A DNA stretch of 64,000 nt from Octopus sinensis (lineage: Eukaryota): positions 82,770,001 through 82,834,000 of the forward strand of contig NC_042997.1 of assembly GCF_006345805.1 (NCBI RefSeq), read 5' to 3'. The translations under genes and the position numbers were made by a program. Shown in pieces: positions 36,389 to 47,845 of the stretch; position 1 is the stretch's first letter, and each line of letters starts with the position of its first letter. The notes under the pieces are model-generated. The model saw nothing but the letters and a program-made list of their open reading frames with translations. It had not been told where the DNA came from and searched no databases.

Positions 36389-37933
36389 TGAATGAAATTT
36401 TTCTGTAGCTTGTAATTCATGCCTTTCAACTTCTTATACGGAGGTAAACATTTAGATTTAATTAGTGTGCATAGCTGCTATTTTTTTAAATCTCTGCATC
36501 CTGTGGTAGTATATATATAAAAAAAGAGAAACGATGCAATGCAGTTGTCAGGTTTCGGTAGTGGATTACCAACTGCGTGGTCATAAGTCAAATATAACTA
36601 TAGCTATTTAGTGAGTTTCTGAGCAAGGTACATAACTCTGCAAGCATTGTGTAATGCCTGGAGCAGTAAATATACAGGCATCTCCCTACCTCCATCTGCA
36701 TTATAGAAAAGCTGCATTCTTGAAAATCTTACTGCAGTGTTGAATTCAATTGTCTGAAACCTATTTTCTCCATCACTTCCATGTTACATAGAAGTAAGTC
36801 AACAGGAAAATAAGTTTCATATTTCAGAATAACACATTACAGCAAGTTTTTCCAGAGCATAATGCTTTTATAACATGGAAAATGTTTGTATTAACTAAAA
36901 ATAATGTAATCTGATAAAATGATATTAGTCAGCGGTTGATAATATAATGCTATATATATATATATATATATATAATAAGTCTGTAAACAATTCTTACATA
37001 GTGAATCTGTCATCACTATTTGGCTGGTACAGTTAAAGATATATATTGTTTAGGAGGTTAGAATAAGACCAAAACATGTCTAAAATTGACTCCCATATCT
37101 GCCTGCAAAAATAAAAGAATAATATTAGTTTTAGATTAATGTTTTTTCAACAAACACACACACACGCATGCACGCACGCGCGGCAGGCTTCTTTCAGTTT
37201 TCATCTACCATATCCACTCACAAAGCTTTGGTTAGCCTGAAGCTATTGTAGAAGACACTTGCCCAATATGCCATGCAGTGGGACTGAATCTGGCACCATG
37301 TGGTTGGGAAGCAAACACTTCTTACCACACAGCCACTTCATGAGAGTTGATTTGGTTTGTTTGGTATGACCCAGATACATGGCGAAACATCTATGTTGAA
37401 AATGAACTCATCATTCATGAGTCAGGCAGCAATAATGCTACACCTTAGGGCAGTGAGCTGGTAGAACTGTTAGCATACTGGGCAAAATGGTTAGTAGCAT
37501 TTCATCCACCTTTACATTCTGAGTTCAAATCCCTCTGAGGTTACTTTTCATCCTTTTGGGATCAAAAAATAAGTACCAGTTGAACACTGGGGTTGATGTA
37601 ATCATTTTACTCCCTCTTCTGAAATTACTGGCTTTGTGCCACGATATTGAAATCAATACTACTACACTTTGTCTAAGTTACTAAATTGAAGGACTCCAAA
37701 CTGAAATGAAATTTATATGAATTTATATATAAAATTTCATTAATTGAAAAATTAAATTTCATTTTGACATAAATACTGAAAATTTAGTTTCTTAGAGATA
37801 TGGCTGTGTGGTTAAGAAGCTTGCATTGCAATCGTGTGGTTTCAGGTTCAGTCCCATTGCATGATGCCTTCAGCAAGTGTCTACTTCTATAGCCTTGTGA
37901 GTGAATTTGGTAGATGGAAACTGTGAGGAAGCT

Positions 37934-37988
<55 letters not shown>

Positions 37989-38379
37989 ATATCATCATCA
38001 TCATCATCGTTTAACGTCTGCTTTCCATGCTAGCATGAGTTGGACGATTTTGACTGAGGGCTGGTGAACCAGATGGCTGCACCAGGCTCCAATTTTGATC
38101 TGGCAGAGTTTTTATAGCGGGATGCCCTTCCTAACGCCAACCACTCCGAGAGTGTAGTGGGTGCTTTTTACGTATATATATATATATATATGAGTGATTG
38201 GACAAATGAAAGAAAAGGCACTCAGCACATTTATTGGGAGTTACATGTATTGTTCAAAACTGCTAAGTTACTGGGACATAAACAAACCAACATCAGTTGT
38301 CAAGTGATGGTGTGGACAACCACAGACATATGCACATACATGTATACTTTATATATAATATATATATATATAATAGAAA

Positions 38380-38962
38380 TATTAAAATTACTAAGTCTCT
38401 CTAAAAGAGAACAGCGGCAGCGTTCCCGGAAAATAATAGTTATCGCCATACTAATATGGCATTCTTATAAAAATAAGAATAAAGCTGTCCGCTTATTAGC
38501 TCCATGAGGCCATCGCCTTAAGTTAGCTATTTGATACACAAACTGTATCCATATAACCTTCGAACAAGAAACCAAATCAACTCTCATGAAGTGGCTGTGT
38601 GGTAAGAAGTGTTTGCTTCCCAACCACATGGTGCCAGATTCAGTCCCACTGCATGGCATATTGGGCAAGTGTCTTCTACAATAGCTTCAGGCTAACCAAA
38701 GCTTTGTGAGTGGATATGGTAGATGAAAACTGAAAGAAGCCTGCCGCGCGTGCGTGCATGCGTGTGTGTGTGTTTGTTGAAAAAACATTAATCTAAAACT
38801 AATATTATTCGAACAAGAAGAAACTGACCTCCCTTGTTCGAAGGTTATATGGATACAGTTTGTGTATCAAATAGCTAACTTAAGGCGATGGCCTCATGGA
38901 GCTAATAAGCGGACAGCTTTATTCTTATTTTTATAAGAATGCTATATTAGTATGGCGATAAC

Positions 38963-38965
<3 letters not shown>
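38380..38965. mobile_element. (TA)n-flanked hairpin element, arms 38436-38568 / 38833-38965, with a templated insert
   Basis: 133-bp arms with one mismatch seen. Confidence 0.8.
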
Positions 38966-39036
<71 letters not shown>

Positions 39037-39292
39037 GTTGGTTTGTATCAGTAACTTAGCAGTTTGGCAAAATAGACTGATAGAAAAAGTTCCAGATTTA
39101 AAAATAAATTAAGGTACTGGGATTGATTTGTTTGACTAAATTCCTCAATGCAGTAGCCCCGCATGGGCTCAATGCAGTGACTAAAACAAGTAAACAGTAA
39201 GAGACAAAAAAATAAGAGTTTATTTGTAAAATTCTATTAAACCTATAAAATATTATTTTGTCTGTCATTCCAAAAATTGTTTTTAATATCAG

Positions 39293-39523
39293 ATAAAGGA
39301 AATGGAAAAAATCTACTGTAAGCGCAACCCGAATTCTTTACCTGCATTATTAATGGCAGCTGGCAGTTCTGTTGAAGCAAGCAGTGACTGTCACCAGGCA
39401 CCATCCCCACTAAACCTTCTGCTTGAGCAGAAGGTTCAGAAACTGGAGAATCAACTGAAGAATGCTCAAGAAGAGGGTGATCTCAGAGTGAGGACTGTGG
39501 AACAAAAGTACAACAAGCTGAAG
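39293..39523 (+). CDS. CEP162: CEP162 exon (IKEMEKIYCKRNPNSLPALLMAA...VEQKYNKLK), phase 0-0
   Basis: TTTTAATATCAG acceptor, GTTAGT donor at 39524; carries the conserved KRxPNSLPAL motif. Confidence 0.9.
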
Positions 39524-40220
39524 GTTAGTTCCTATAGTTACTGTACGAAATAGGAGTTATAAGCCAGATTGTGTCTTTGTGAAGCACTTATGGATGTTCA
39601 CATTATTCCAGTGTATGTATATAGATGTTTGTATATAGATGTCAGTATTTTGTTACGGTTATTTCTACAGATATTCTACAGAAATTATAGCCAGCACTGA
39701 TTTTTGCTACAATGTTTCATATATGAGAAGTCAGATGTAAACAAACAATGAGATTGAAGATGAAAAATGGGTAATGGACGTATGTGTCATATTTCAGTGG
39801 TGTTTTACCCCTGCATCAGCACCCATCTAACCCACTAGTCATCCTTGAACACATTGCTTAAATAGCTACCACAAATAGTGGTGTAAAGTTTTTGGAGATA
39901 CCAATTTACATATTAAATGCTTTCCTGGAAGCTGATACGTAAATACTAATGATTTGTAGGTACATGGTATTTCGTTATGCAACCATAATATTCTATAAAG
40001 TATATCAAATATTTTTATAAGTCAGTACCATGTTCTACTGTATTAGCAGTGTTATTTACATTATTTTGTTAAGGTTATTCCTACAGATTCTCAATAGAAA
40101 TTATAGCCAGCACTGATTTTTGCTATATCATTTCATATGCAAGGTGCTAGATGTAAACAAACAATGAGATTGAAGATGAAAAATGGGTAATTGACATACC
40201 TACAAATCATTAGTATTTAC

Positions 40221-42440
40221 TTGTGATGTCATAAGAGAGAAATGTATCCGCATGGATGATGGTGCACTTGCTTTTAGTGAGTCTGCAAAGAAAGAAGCTT
40301 GGAAACGCCATTATGAAAGACTGCTGAATGTAGAGAATGAATGGGAGGAGGAGAGTCTGCCAAATGTTGACCCAGTTGAGGGACCAGCTACCTGAACTGA
40401 CAGTACCCTGGTAGATAAAGCAATTCAGGATATGAAGGCAGGGAAAGCCTCTGGCCCATCAGGAATCACCGCTGAGATGCTTAAAATATCTGGTGGTGTG
40501 GGTTATGGTCTAGTCACCCATATTGTAAATCAGGTGGTTCATGAAGGAGTCATACACAATGACTGGTATAGCAGCATCATAGTCAACTGCTACAAAGGTA
40601 AAGGGGATGTCTTAGACAGAAATAATTACAGAGGTATCAAATTGTTGGATCAGGTGATGTAAGTTGTGGAGAGAGTTAGTCTAGATGAGATGCAGTTTGG
40701 TTTTGTGCCAGGTAGAAGCACTACTGATGCTATATTTTTAGTAAGGCAACTGCATGAGAAATACAGAGCCAAAGATAAACCTCTGTACTTGGCTTTTGTT
40801 GACTTGGAGAAAGCTTTTGACAGAGTCCCCCAATCCCTGATCTGGTGGTCAGTGCGGAAACTAGGGATAGACGAGTGGCTGGTGAGAACTATACAAGCCT
40901 TGTACAGGGATGCTACCAGTAAGGTGAGGGTGGGCAACAAGTACAGCAAAAAATTTAGGATACAAGCAGGGGTTCGCCAAGGATCGGTGCTCAGCTCCTT
41001 ATTCATCATTGTCCTCCGGGCAGTAACAGAGGAATTCAAGACAGGCTACCCCTGGTGGCTCCTCTATGCTGATGACCTTGCTCTTATAGCTGAATCACTA
41101 CCTGAACTAGAGAAGAAGCTCCAGGTATGGAAGCAAGGTCTAGAATCAAAGGGCTTTAGAGTTAGCCTAGTAAAAACCAAAGTCATAGTAAGTAGGAAGG
41201 CAAGCAAATCACAAATCTCTTCAGGTAGATAGCCCTGCTCAATCTGTAGAAAAGGTGTTGGTAGAAACTCCATAAGATGCACCCAGTGTAAGCTTTGGAC
41301 ACATAGAAGGTGCAGCAACATCAGAGGAAGGTTAACAGGGAAACTAACTTTTGTATGTGGAAGATGCATAGGAACAATAAACACTGAATATGCGCAGAAA
41401 ATAGATTTCATCAACTGCCTGGGGGGGCAAGCTAGTGGTAGTAGATAGCTTCCGTTATCTAGGTGACCAAGTTAGTAGTGGAGGTGAATCCTATGAGAGC
41501 ATAGCTGTGAGAATAAGATTAGGCCGAGCAAAGTTCAGAGAGCTCCTACCCCTGCTGGCAACAAAGGACCTCTCTTTCTCTCAGAGTGAAAGGCAGATTG
41601 TTTGATGCCTGTGTGCAAACAGCTATGCTGCATAGCAGTGAAACATGGGCTGTGACAGCTGAGGACATGCGTAGGCTTGAAAGAAATGAAGCCAGTATGC
41701 TCTGCTGGATATGCAATGTCAGTGGGGAGAGCGTAAGCATCTTGAGAGAAAAGTTAGGCTTAAGAGGAATCAGATGTGGTGTGCAAGAGAGATGACTGCA
41801 TTGGTTTGGTCATGTGATGCGTATGGACAAAGACAGCTCTGTAAAGAAGTGCCGATCTCTAATTGTGGAAAGAACCCGTGGTAGAGGTAGACTCAGGAAG
41901 ACATGGGACAAGTTGGTGAAGCATGATCTTCGAATTTTGAGCCTCACAGAGGCAATGACTGGTGACCAAGACCTTTGGTGATGTGCTGTGCTTGAGAGGA
42001 CCTGTCCAGCCAAGTGCACCTGTACTAATGGCATGTAAAGAGCATTTTTTGAATGTTGGACCTCACTAAGGCAAAGTGGCTGAGTTCCTTACGAGTGTTG
42101 AGCCTCACAGAGGCAAAGTGGCTGAGTTCCTTTTGAGCATTGAGCCTCACAAAGGCAATGACCAAGACCATTGCCATTATGTCATGCTTGAGAGGAGGAC
42201 CCACCAAGCCAAGCAGAATCACAGTTGTGGTGGATACCGGTGTCACACAAATTGGCACCCATGCCAGTATCATGAAACCACCCCCAAGCCCTCTTCCCCC
42301 GGGTGTCACACAAATGGAACCCATATCAGTGGTATGTGAAAGCATCCATTACACTCTCAGAGTGCTTGGTGTTAGTAGTTTGGTGCAGCCTTCCAGCATG
42401 CCAGCCCAGTCAAACTGTCCAACCCATTAAATGATGATGA
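40221..42440 (+). mobile_element. 5'-truncated, decayed RTE-clade LINE (RT, internal PHD finger, 3'UTR, (GAT)n tail)
   Basis: EMQFGFVPGRSTTDAIF, FVDLEKAFDRV, GVRQGSVLS, LLYADDL; stops and frameshifts; the tail ends ...aacccattaaatgatgatgat. Confidence 0.92.
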
Positions 42441-42544
42441 TGATTATGATGTACCAGCTTCCAGGAATGCATTTAACATGTAAATTTGTATCTCCAGTAA
42501 CGTTACACTGCTATGTGTGGTGGCTTTTCAAGCAATGTGTTCAA

Positions 42545-42658
42545 GGATAATTAAAGGGTTAGATGGGTGTTGAGGAAGAAGAGGATGATTAATAGGTTAG
42601 ATAGGTGTTGAGGAAGGGGAGGATAATTAATGGGTTAGATAGGTGTTGAGGAAGGGGC
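42545..42658. repeat. 38-bp minisatellite, 3 copies
   Basis: ggataattaa.gggttagat.ggtgttgaggaag at 42545, 42583 and 42621. Confidence 0.85.
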
Positions 42659-43215
42659 AAAAACCCCTTAAATATGGCATATACACCCATTACTCGTGTT
42701 TCATTTTGGATCTCATTGTTTGTTTGCATCTGATATCTTGTATACAAAACATTATAGCAAATATTAGTGCTGGCTAGAATTTCTATAGAATGTCTATAGA
42801 AATAACCTTAATAAAATAATGTAAATTGCACTGCCAATGCAGTAGAACATGGTATTGACTTAGAAAAACATTTAACATAGTATATTATGGTTGCATAACG
42901 AAATACCAGGTACTTACAAATCATTATGATAGATGTCAGTGTCTTTCATTTCTTTGGAATGTATATATATTTTGTGTTTGTTAATTTTCTGAAAACTCAT
43001 CATCATTACCATCAATGAAAAATAAATATGTTATTCACTGCTGAGTACGTCACAAGAGAACAACTTTTCCCTGATATGACAACACACTCAGATCCTTGGC
43101 ACAAGGGATTCTAACAAAGCCATCTCGTTAACATTTTAATTTATTCCATCACTTCAACTTATTCTTCCCTTTATCCTTTTAATAAGATTTTATTATTTAA
43201 TTTGTTTGTCTAAAG

Positions 43216-43447
43216 CTGCAGTATGAAAGTCAGATTGAAACATTGGAAGAAACTGTTAAGAAGTTACAGCATCAAGCTATTTTGGGTCGTTGTACAGTTT
43301 GCAAGAAACCATCATCTGAAGAGATGCCAGAAGAACCAAAAACAAGTGAAAATACAGCGGAAGATAATTCAGAAACTACAATTAAAGAATTACAGCAAAA
43401 TGTTGACCAACTGCAGTCTGAAGTGCAAAAATATAAAGAAGAAGATG
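43216..43447 (+). CDS. CEP162: CEP162 exon (LQYESQIETLEE...QKYKEED), phase 0-1
   Basis: AAG acceptor (an in-frame CAG 6 nt downstream is also possible), GTAAGT donor at 43448. Confidence 0.85.
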
Positions 43448-43707
43448 GTAAGTCATTTTATATTGGTCTTGTGTATTTAAACAACTAACTAGATTTATAG
43501 AAGCATTTATCTCATGATAATATGGAACAGGGCATGTTGTAAAATTCTGTAAAAACAGGCATGGCTGTGTAGTAAGAAGTTTGTTTCTCAATCACATGAT
43601 CCTGGGTTCTATTCCACTTTGCAGCACTTTGGGTAAGTGTCTTCTACTATGAACCTGGGGCTGAGTGGATTTGGAGATGGAAACTGAAAGAACCCCATCA
43701 TATATAT

Positions 43708-43753
<46 letters not shown>

Positions 43754-44217
43754 ATGTATGTTTTCTTCAAGTTGTTTATGGAAGACCAGCAATTGCCAGT
43801 GCATACCAGCTTCCCTGCTCCACACCACTGATGTTATCCAAGGGAAAGGCAAAGGCCGATACAGCTTAGCAGCAGTGACATCACAACTCATTTCTACAGC
43901 TGAATGAACTGGAGCAATGTGAAATAAAGTGTCTTGCTCAAGAACACAATACACAGTCTGGTCTGGGAATCAGACTCACTACCTCATAATTGTGAGCCCA
44001 ACGCTCTAACCACTGAGCCATGTGCCTTCTATTGGTATGTTTTTACATAGGTAGAAGGTAGGGAGAGAAGTGTCTAAATGAATGTGGTATTTAGTTACCA
44101 GCACAAAGATTTTGAGTTCAGTTCTTATGAAGGAATTATATTTTTAGAGAGAAAATTTGGCCTTACATCTTCAGAATTGGTAATATTTCTTGTTTTCTTT
44201 GCCTTTTGTTTTTCCAG

Positions 44218-44415
44218 ATAACTTGCATGCTCTGCTGCAGAAAAGCCAAAACAAAGAGACTCAGTTGCAAAACAAGATGCATGTTTTACAGCAGCAGTTA
44301 GATACCAGTAATAATCAAGTTGCAACACTGCGCTGTATGTTTAGTAAACTTCAAAACGAAAAACAAACTTTGTTGAGACAACAGCTTATTAAAAAGCCAA
44401 CATCAACAAATGAAG
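44218..44415 (+). CDS. CEP162: CEP162 exon (DNLHALLQKSQNKETQLQ...KPTSTNE), phase 1-1
   Basis: Long pyrimidine tract plus CAG; the donor GTCTGT at 44416 is weak but is the one compatible with the next exon. Confidence 0.8.
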
Positions 44416-44660
44416 GTCTGTATGTGTATGTGTGTATATGTGTCTGGTTGTGTGTGTGTGTTTGCATTTTCATTTCATGTTGTACTTTGTTGAATATTTG
44501 AATGTTATTTTTGGTATAGGTATGGTTGTGTAGCAAGAATTTTGCTTCCCATGATTCGTGGTTCAATTCCACTGTATGGCACCTTGAGCAAGTGTCTTAT
44601 GCTATAACCCCAGGCTGACCAAAGTCTTGTTACTGGATTTGTGGATGAAAACTGAAAGAC

Positions 44661-44699
<39 letters not shown>

Positions 44700-44703
<4 letters not shown>

Positions 44704-45060
44704 TGTAGCATAACAGGCGCGCTGTTAGTTGGGGCATTTGAATTATAACGTCGGATGTAATCAATTGAACCACACGTGTATTTATCGTTATGGTAAAATC
44801 TGGCGTGTGATTGAGTGGATTTCATCCAGATAGTTTTGGCTGACGAGCTACAAGTGGATTTTTTTGTAAGTAAAATTACATTTAATTCATTAATAGCGAA
44901 ACAATTGTCCCAAAATAATCTGTATTTTTGTTATTTTTTATTTGCCCTGTCCGTGTGAGCTAACAATCGTACTGACTTTCATGGGAAACATGTATTTTTG
45001 TGGTTGAAACCTTTTGGATTAACTAGTGCTAGAGTGAGCCATATAGTGACCACTCTCTTA
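44700..45060 (+). mobile_element. About 360-bp non-coding element between (TA)n tracts carrying the intact hammerhead (retrozyme / Penelope pseudo-LTR-like)
   Basis: Complex, CpG-retaining sequence bounded by TA repeats on both sides, with no ORF. Confidence 0.6.
44828..44921 (+). ncRNA. Type I hammerhead ribozyme, intact core
   Basis: Helix I AGATAGTTTTGG/CCAAAATAATCT; CTGACGA 44840-44846; helix II GCTA(44847-50)/TAGC(44894-97) with an extendable hairpin; GAAAC-AATT-GTC 44898-44909, predicted cleavage after C44909. Confidence 0.85.
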
Positions 45061-45090
45061 TATTTATTTTATATATATATATATATATTT

Positions 45091-45187
<97 letters not shown>

Positions 45188-46019
45188 AATCCACACACAC
45201 ACACACACACACACACTCACATGTCTATGTATGTGCATGTGTACATGTTTGTATGTATATGTGTGTGTTGCTGTTTCCTTACATTAACATCATGTGATAG
45301 TTGCAAATAAATGTTTCTACCATGTAAATGGTGTCCTTCATTCCCTATTTTCCATGGAAAGCATATTTAGTTGTGGGGGAAATATTTCCTTATTTAGAAA
45401 CAGATAAAAGCTCATGGCAGGAAGGGTATCCAGCTATAGAAAATCCACCTCAACAAATCCCCTCTGAACCATACAAGCATGGAAAAGTGGACAGTAAAAT
45501 GATGATGATGATGTTGTGTATCAAATAGCATAGAATTAATTATGTATGTTGTAATTGCACAAACAGTTAAGTGGGTGATATCTTGGTCCTTGAAATCTAA
45601 AAGCTACAAGATAATGCATAATTAATTCAAAACAATGTGAATAAATTTGACCAAGTAATCCGAATGCAAAAGGGTTAAGGAGTTTCTGAAAGAATTATAG
45701 CAAACTTCTTAAACAATAATTTGTATTTAGTTCCTGTTGTTCTATTTGTCTCATATGACATTTCATCGTATATAACATCCAATTTTGTGCTATATCATTT
45801 ACAAGGAGCCATTGCTGTACATTATAATACACCATGCAAAATAAAATTAAAAAAACAAACACATTTGTTGATAGTATGAGTATCTTATACAGAATTCCAA
45901 GAAGAAAAATAAACAAAGATTAACCACAAAGTTTTATTAAAAGCAAAATGCAAAGTAAAAATTAACACACACTAAATTATGAAAGTTATCATAAATTAAC
46001 TGTTAAATAATTTTAAATA

Positions 46020-46440
46020 TAGTGAGTTGATTGAACTCTGTGAAAACAGTGGATGGAAGGCAGTATGCCTTCTTGTAGAGATAAGTTTTAGAGGATTTGT
46101 TGGAACCAGGCTTCATTCAGTTCTCTGGAGTCTTAGACTAACTGTGAAGGAGACAAAAGATGTTGCCAGAAAATTGCTGGAAGCCACTGAAAAAGTGAAC
46201 TATTATACTTGGCTCAAGAGAGGAGAAGTATGGTGCAGCAAGGACAAGCGTATAGGATGGTAGAAAGATCTGGTCCAGAATTGCAACATTTGACTCAATA
46301 AAACTCATGCTGTTGTATGGGAGTTATGTAGCCTATACCAGTGGGTGAATGTGGACAGCTCTGGTGTTAAGGGGTTGAAATACCTACAGAGCAGCTTCTG
46401 ATGAGGCATCAACTCCTGCATTCGAAGATACAGTACATCA
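46020..46440 (+). mobile_element. 3' end of a HERO-like (R2-group, restriction-like endonuclease) non-LTR element
   Basis: LIELCENSGWKAVCLLVEISFRGFVG...LLEATEKVNYYTWLKRGEVW resembles the recalled HERO C-terminus ECxxxGWxAxCxPVEVGCRGF...EAAEKASxWxWxKR. Confidence 0.7.
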
Positions 46441-47039
46441 ACACCCTCTGTACAACAAATGTTTACCCTAAATCTCATCATCCTTTGCTAACTAATTGCA
46501 AAATGTGCCTACTGTACATCACCATAACTGTCATTTCATGCAGGTGATGAAGTTGAGAAGGTCTTGATAGATTAAGGGATTTAGGAACACCATTCTCCAA
46601 GCTAAACATAAAAGATTGATAAACAAATATGAAAAATCTTTAATAGGAAAGATTAAACTTGAACACAATCAGATCTTCAAAATAACAACCACAAACTCCC
46701 TCACACATTCACACACACATACTCTCTCTCTCTCTTTTAAGAGAGAGAGAAAGAAAGAAAGAGAGAGAGAGAGTGGGGGCAAAGCTGTGTGGTTAAGAAG
46801 TTTGCCTCATGGTTTTGGGTTAAATCTCACTGCATGGAACCTTTGGCTTGGTGGTTAAGAGCCTTGAGTTGACTAAAACCTTGTGAGTGAAATGTGGTAC
46901 ATAGAAACTGAAGAAAGTTATCATCTTGTGTTCAAACAAATATTGTTATATTTAGGCATGGTCATATTTTTGCCAATTGACCACATGCACCATACACTTG
47001 GTTTTCACAAAGGTATTATGACCCAGCTTAAATATAACA

Positions 47040-47091
<52 letters not shown>

Positions 47092-47690
47092 ATATATATA
47101 TGGATATATGTTGTGTGTGAGTCTCTGTGTTAGTGTATACTAATGTAAATCACTGCATTGAATTGTAGTCATTTACATCAAACACTAATTTAGCTGTTTG
47201 ATCCTTAGATATTGGTAAAATAGTACCATAAGTCTTCTTTTTCAAGTGGCAGAATTTGAATAGTGTTGTGAAACACTACTCTAGAAATATTCCTCCTCCC
47301 CCCAGCAACTATTAGCCTTGGCAGGTCTTCAGTTTTATTTTGAGTGTGGTTGATTGATTTTCTTTCTCTATTAGGGTGTGGAAGTCTCCAAAATATAATG
47401 TCTGATATGGCCTGATGTTCAGCATGATAGTGGTGGCCAGTAAGGCCTACTGAAGTTCAACAATTGTAGAGATGGGTGGAATATGAAAATTCTGGTTTTT
47501 AAAAATGCTGTTTCTTTGTATGATTCACACATGATTAGATAATCTAAAAAATATAAAATATGAAACTTGCCCCTCCTCTATATTTCATTGATTGTTGTAA
47601 AGTATTTTGTTAACTGCACTTTAGTGAACCTTGCAGTGTTTGGGTCAGTATTAGTCAGAGTTTTCCTCTATATCCTATATTCATTTACAG

Positions 47691-47845
47691 AATTGAATAA
47701 GAAAGCCTCAAAACTACCTCAAAAGTCTAAGAAATCAGATGTAATTGATGTTGGAAGCATTTTGGCTGGCAAAGAAGAAAAAATTATCAGTGTGATTGAA
47801 GTTCCTGAAGATATATTGAAAGAAAATGAATTGTTAAAAATTAAG
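47691..47845 (+). CDS. CEP162: CEP162 exon (ELNKKASKLPQK...LKENELLKIK), phase 1-0
   Basis: TTTACAG acceptor, GTAAAG donor at 47846. Confidence 0.8.

Noticed and set aside
36017-36395. Tyr/Ile/Met-rich ORFs here and at other microsatellites
   Set aside because: They are translations of (TA)n, (TATG)n, (CA)n and trinucleotide repeats.
36541-36576. Minus-strand GCAGUU-GGUA(auccac)UACC-GAAAC-CUGAC-AACUGC, resembling half a hammerhead
   Set aside because: The CUGANGA strand is absent and there is no UH cleavage site; it could be a deleted relic but cannot be supported from this copy.
46373-46420. GAAA and CTGATGA in the HERO 3'UTR
   Set aside because: There are too few bases between the motifs to form helices III and I, and no downstream GAAAC.
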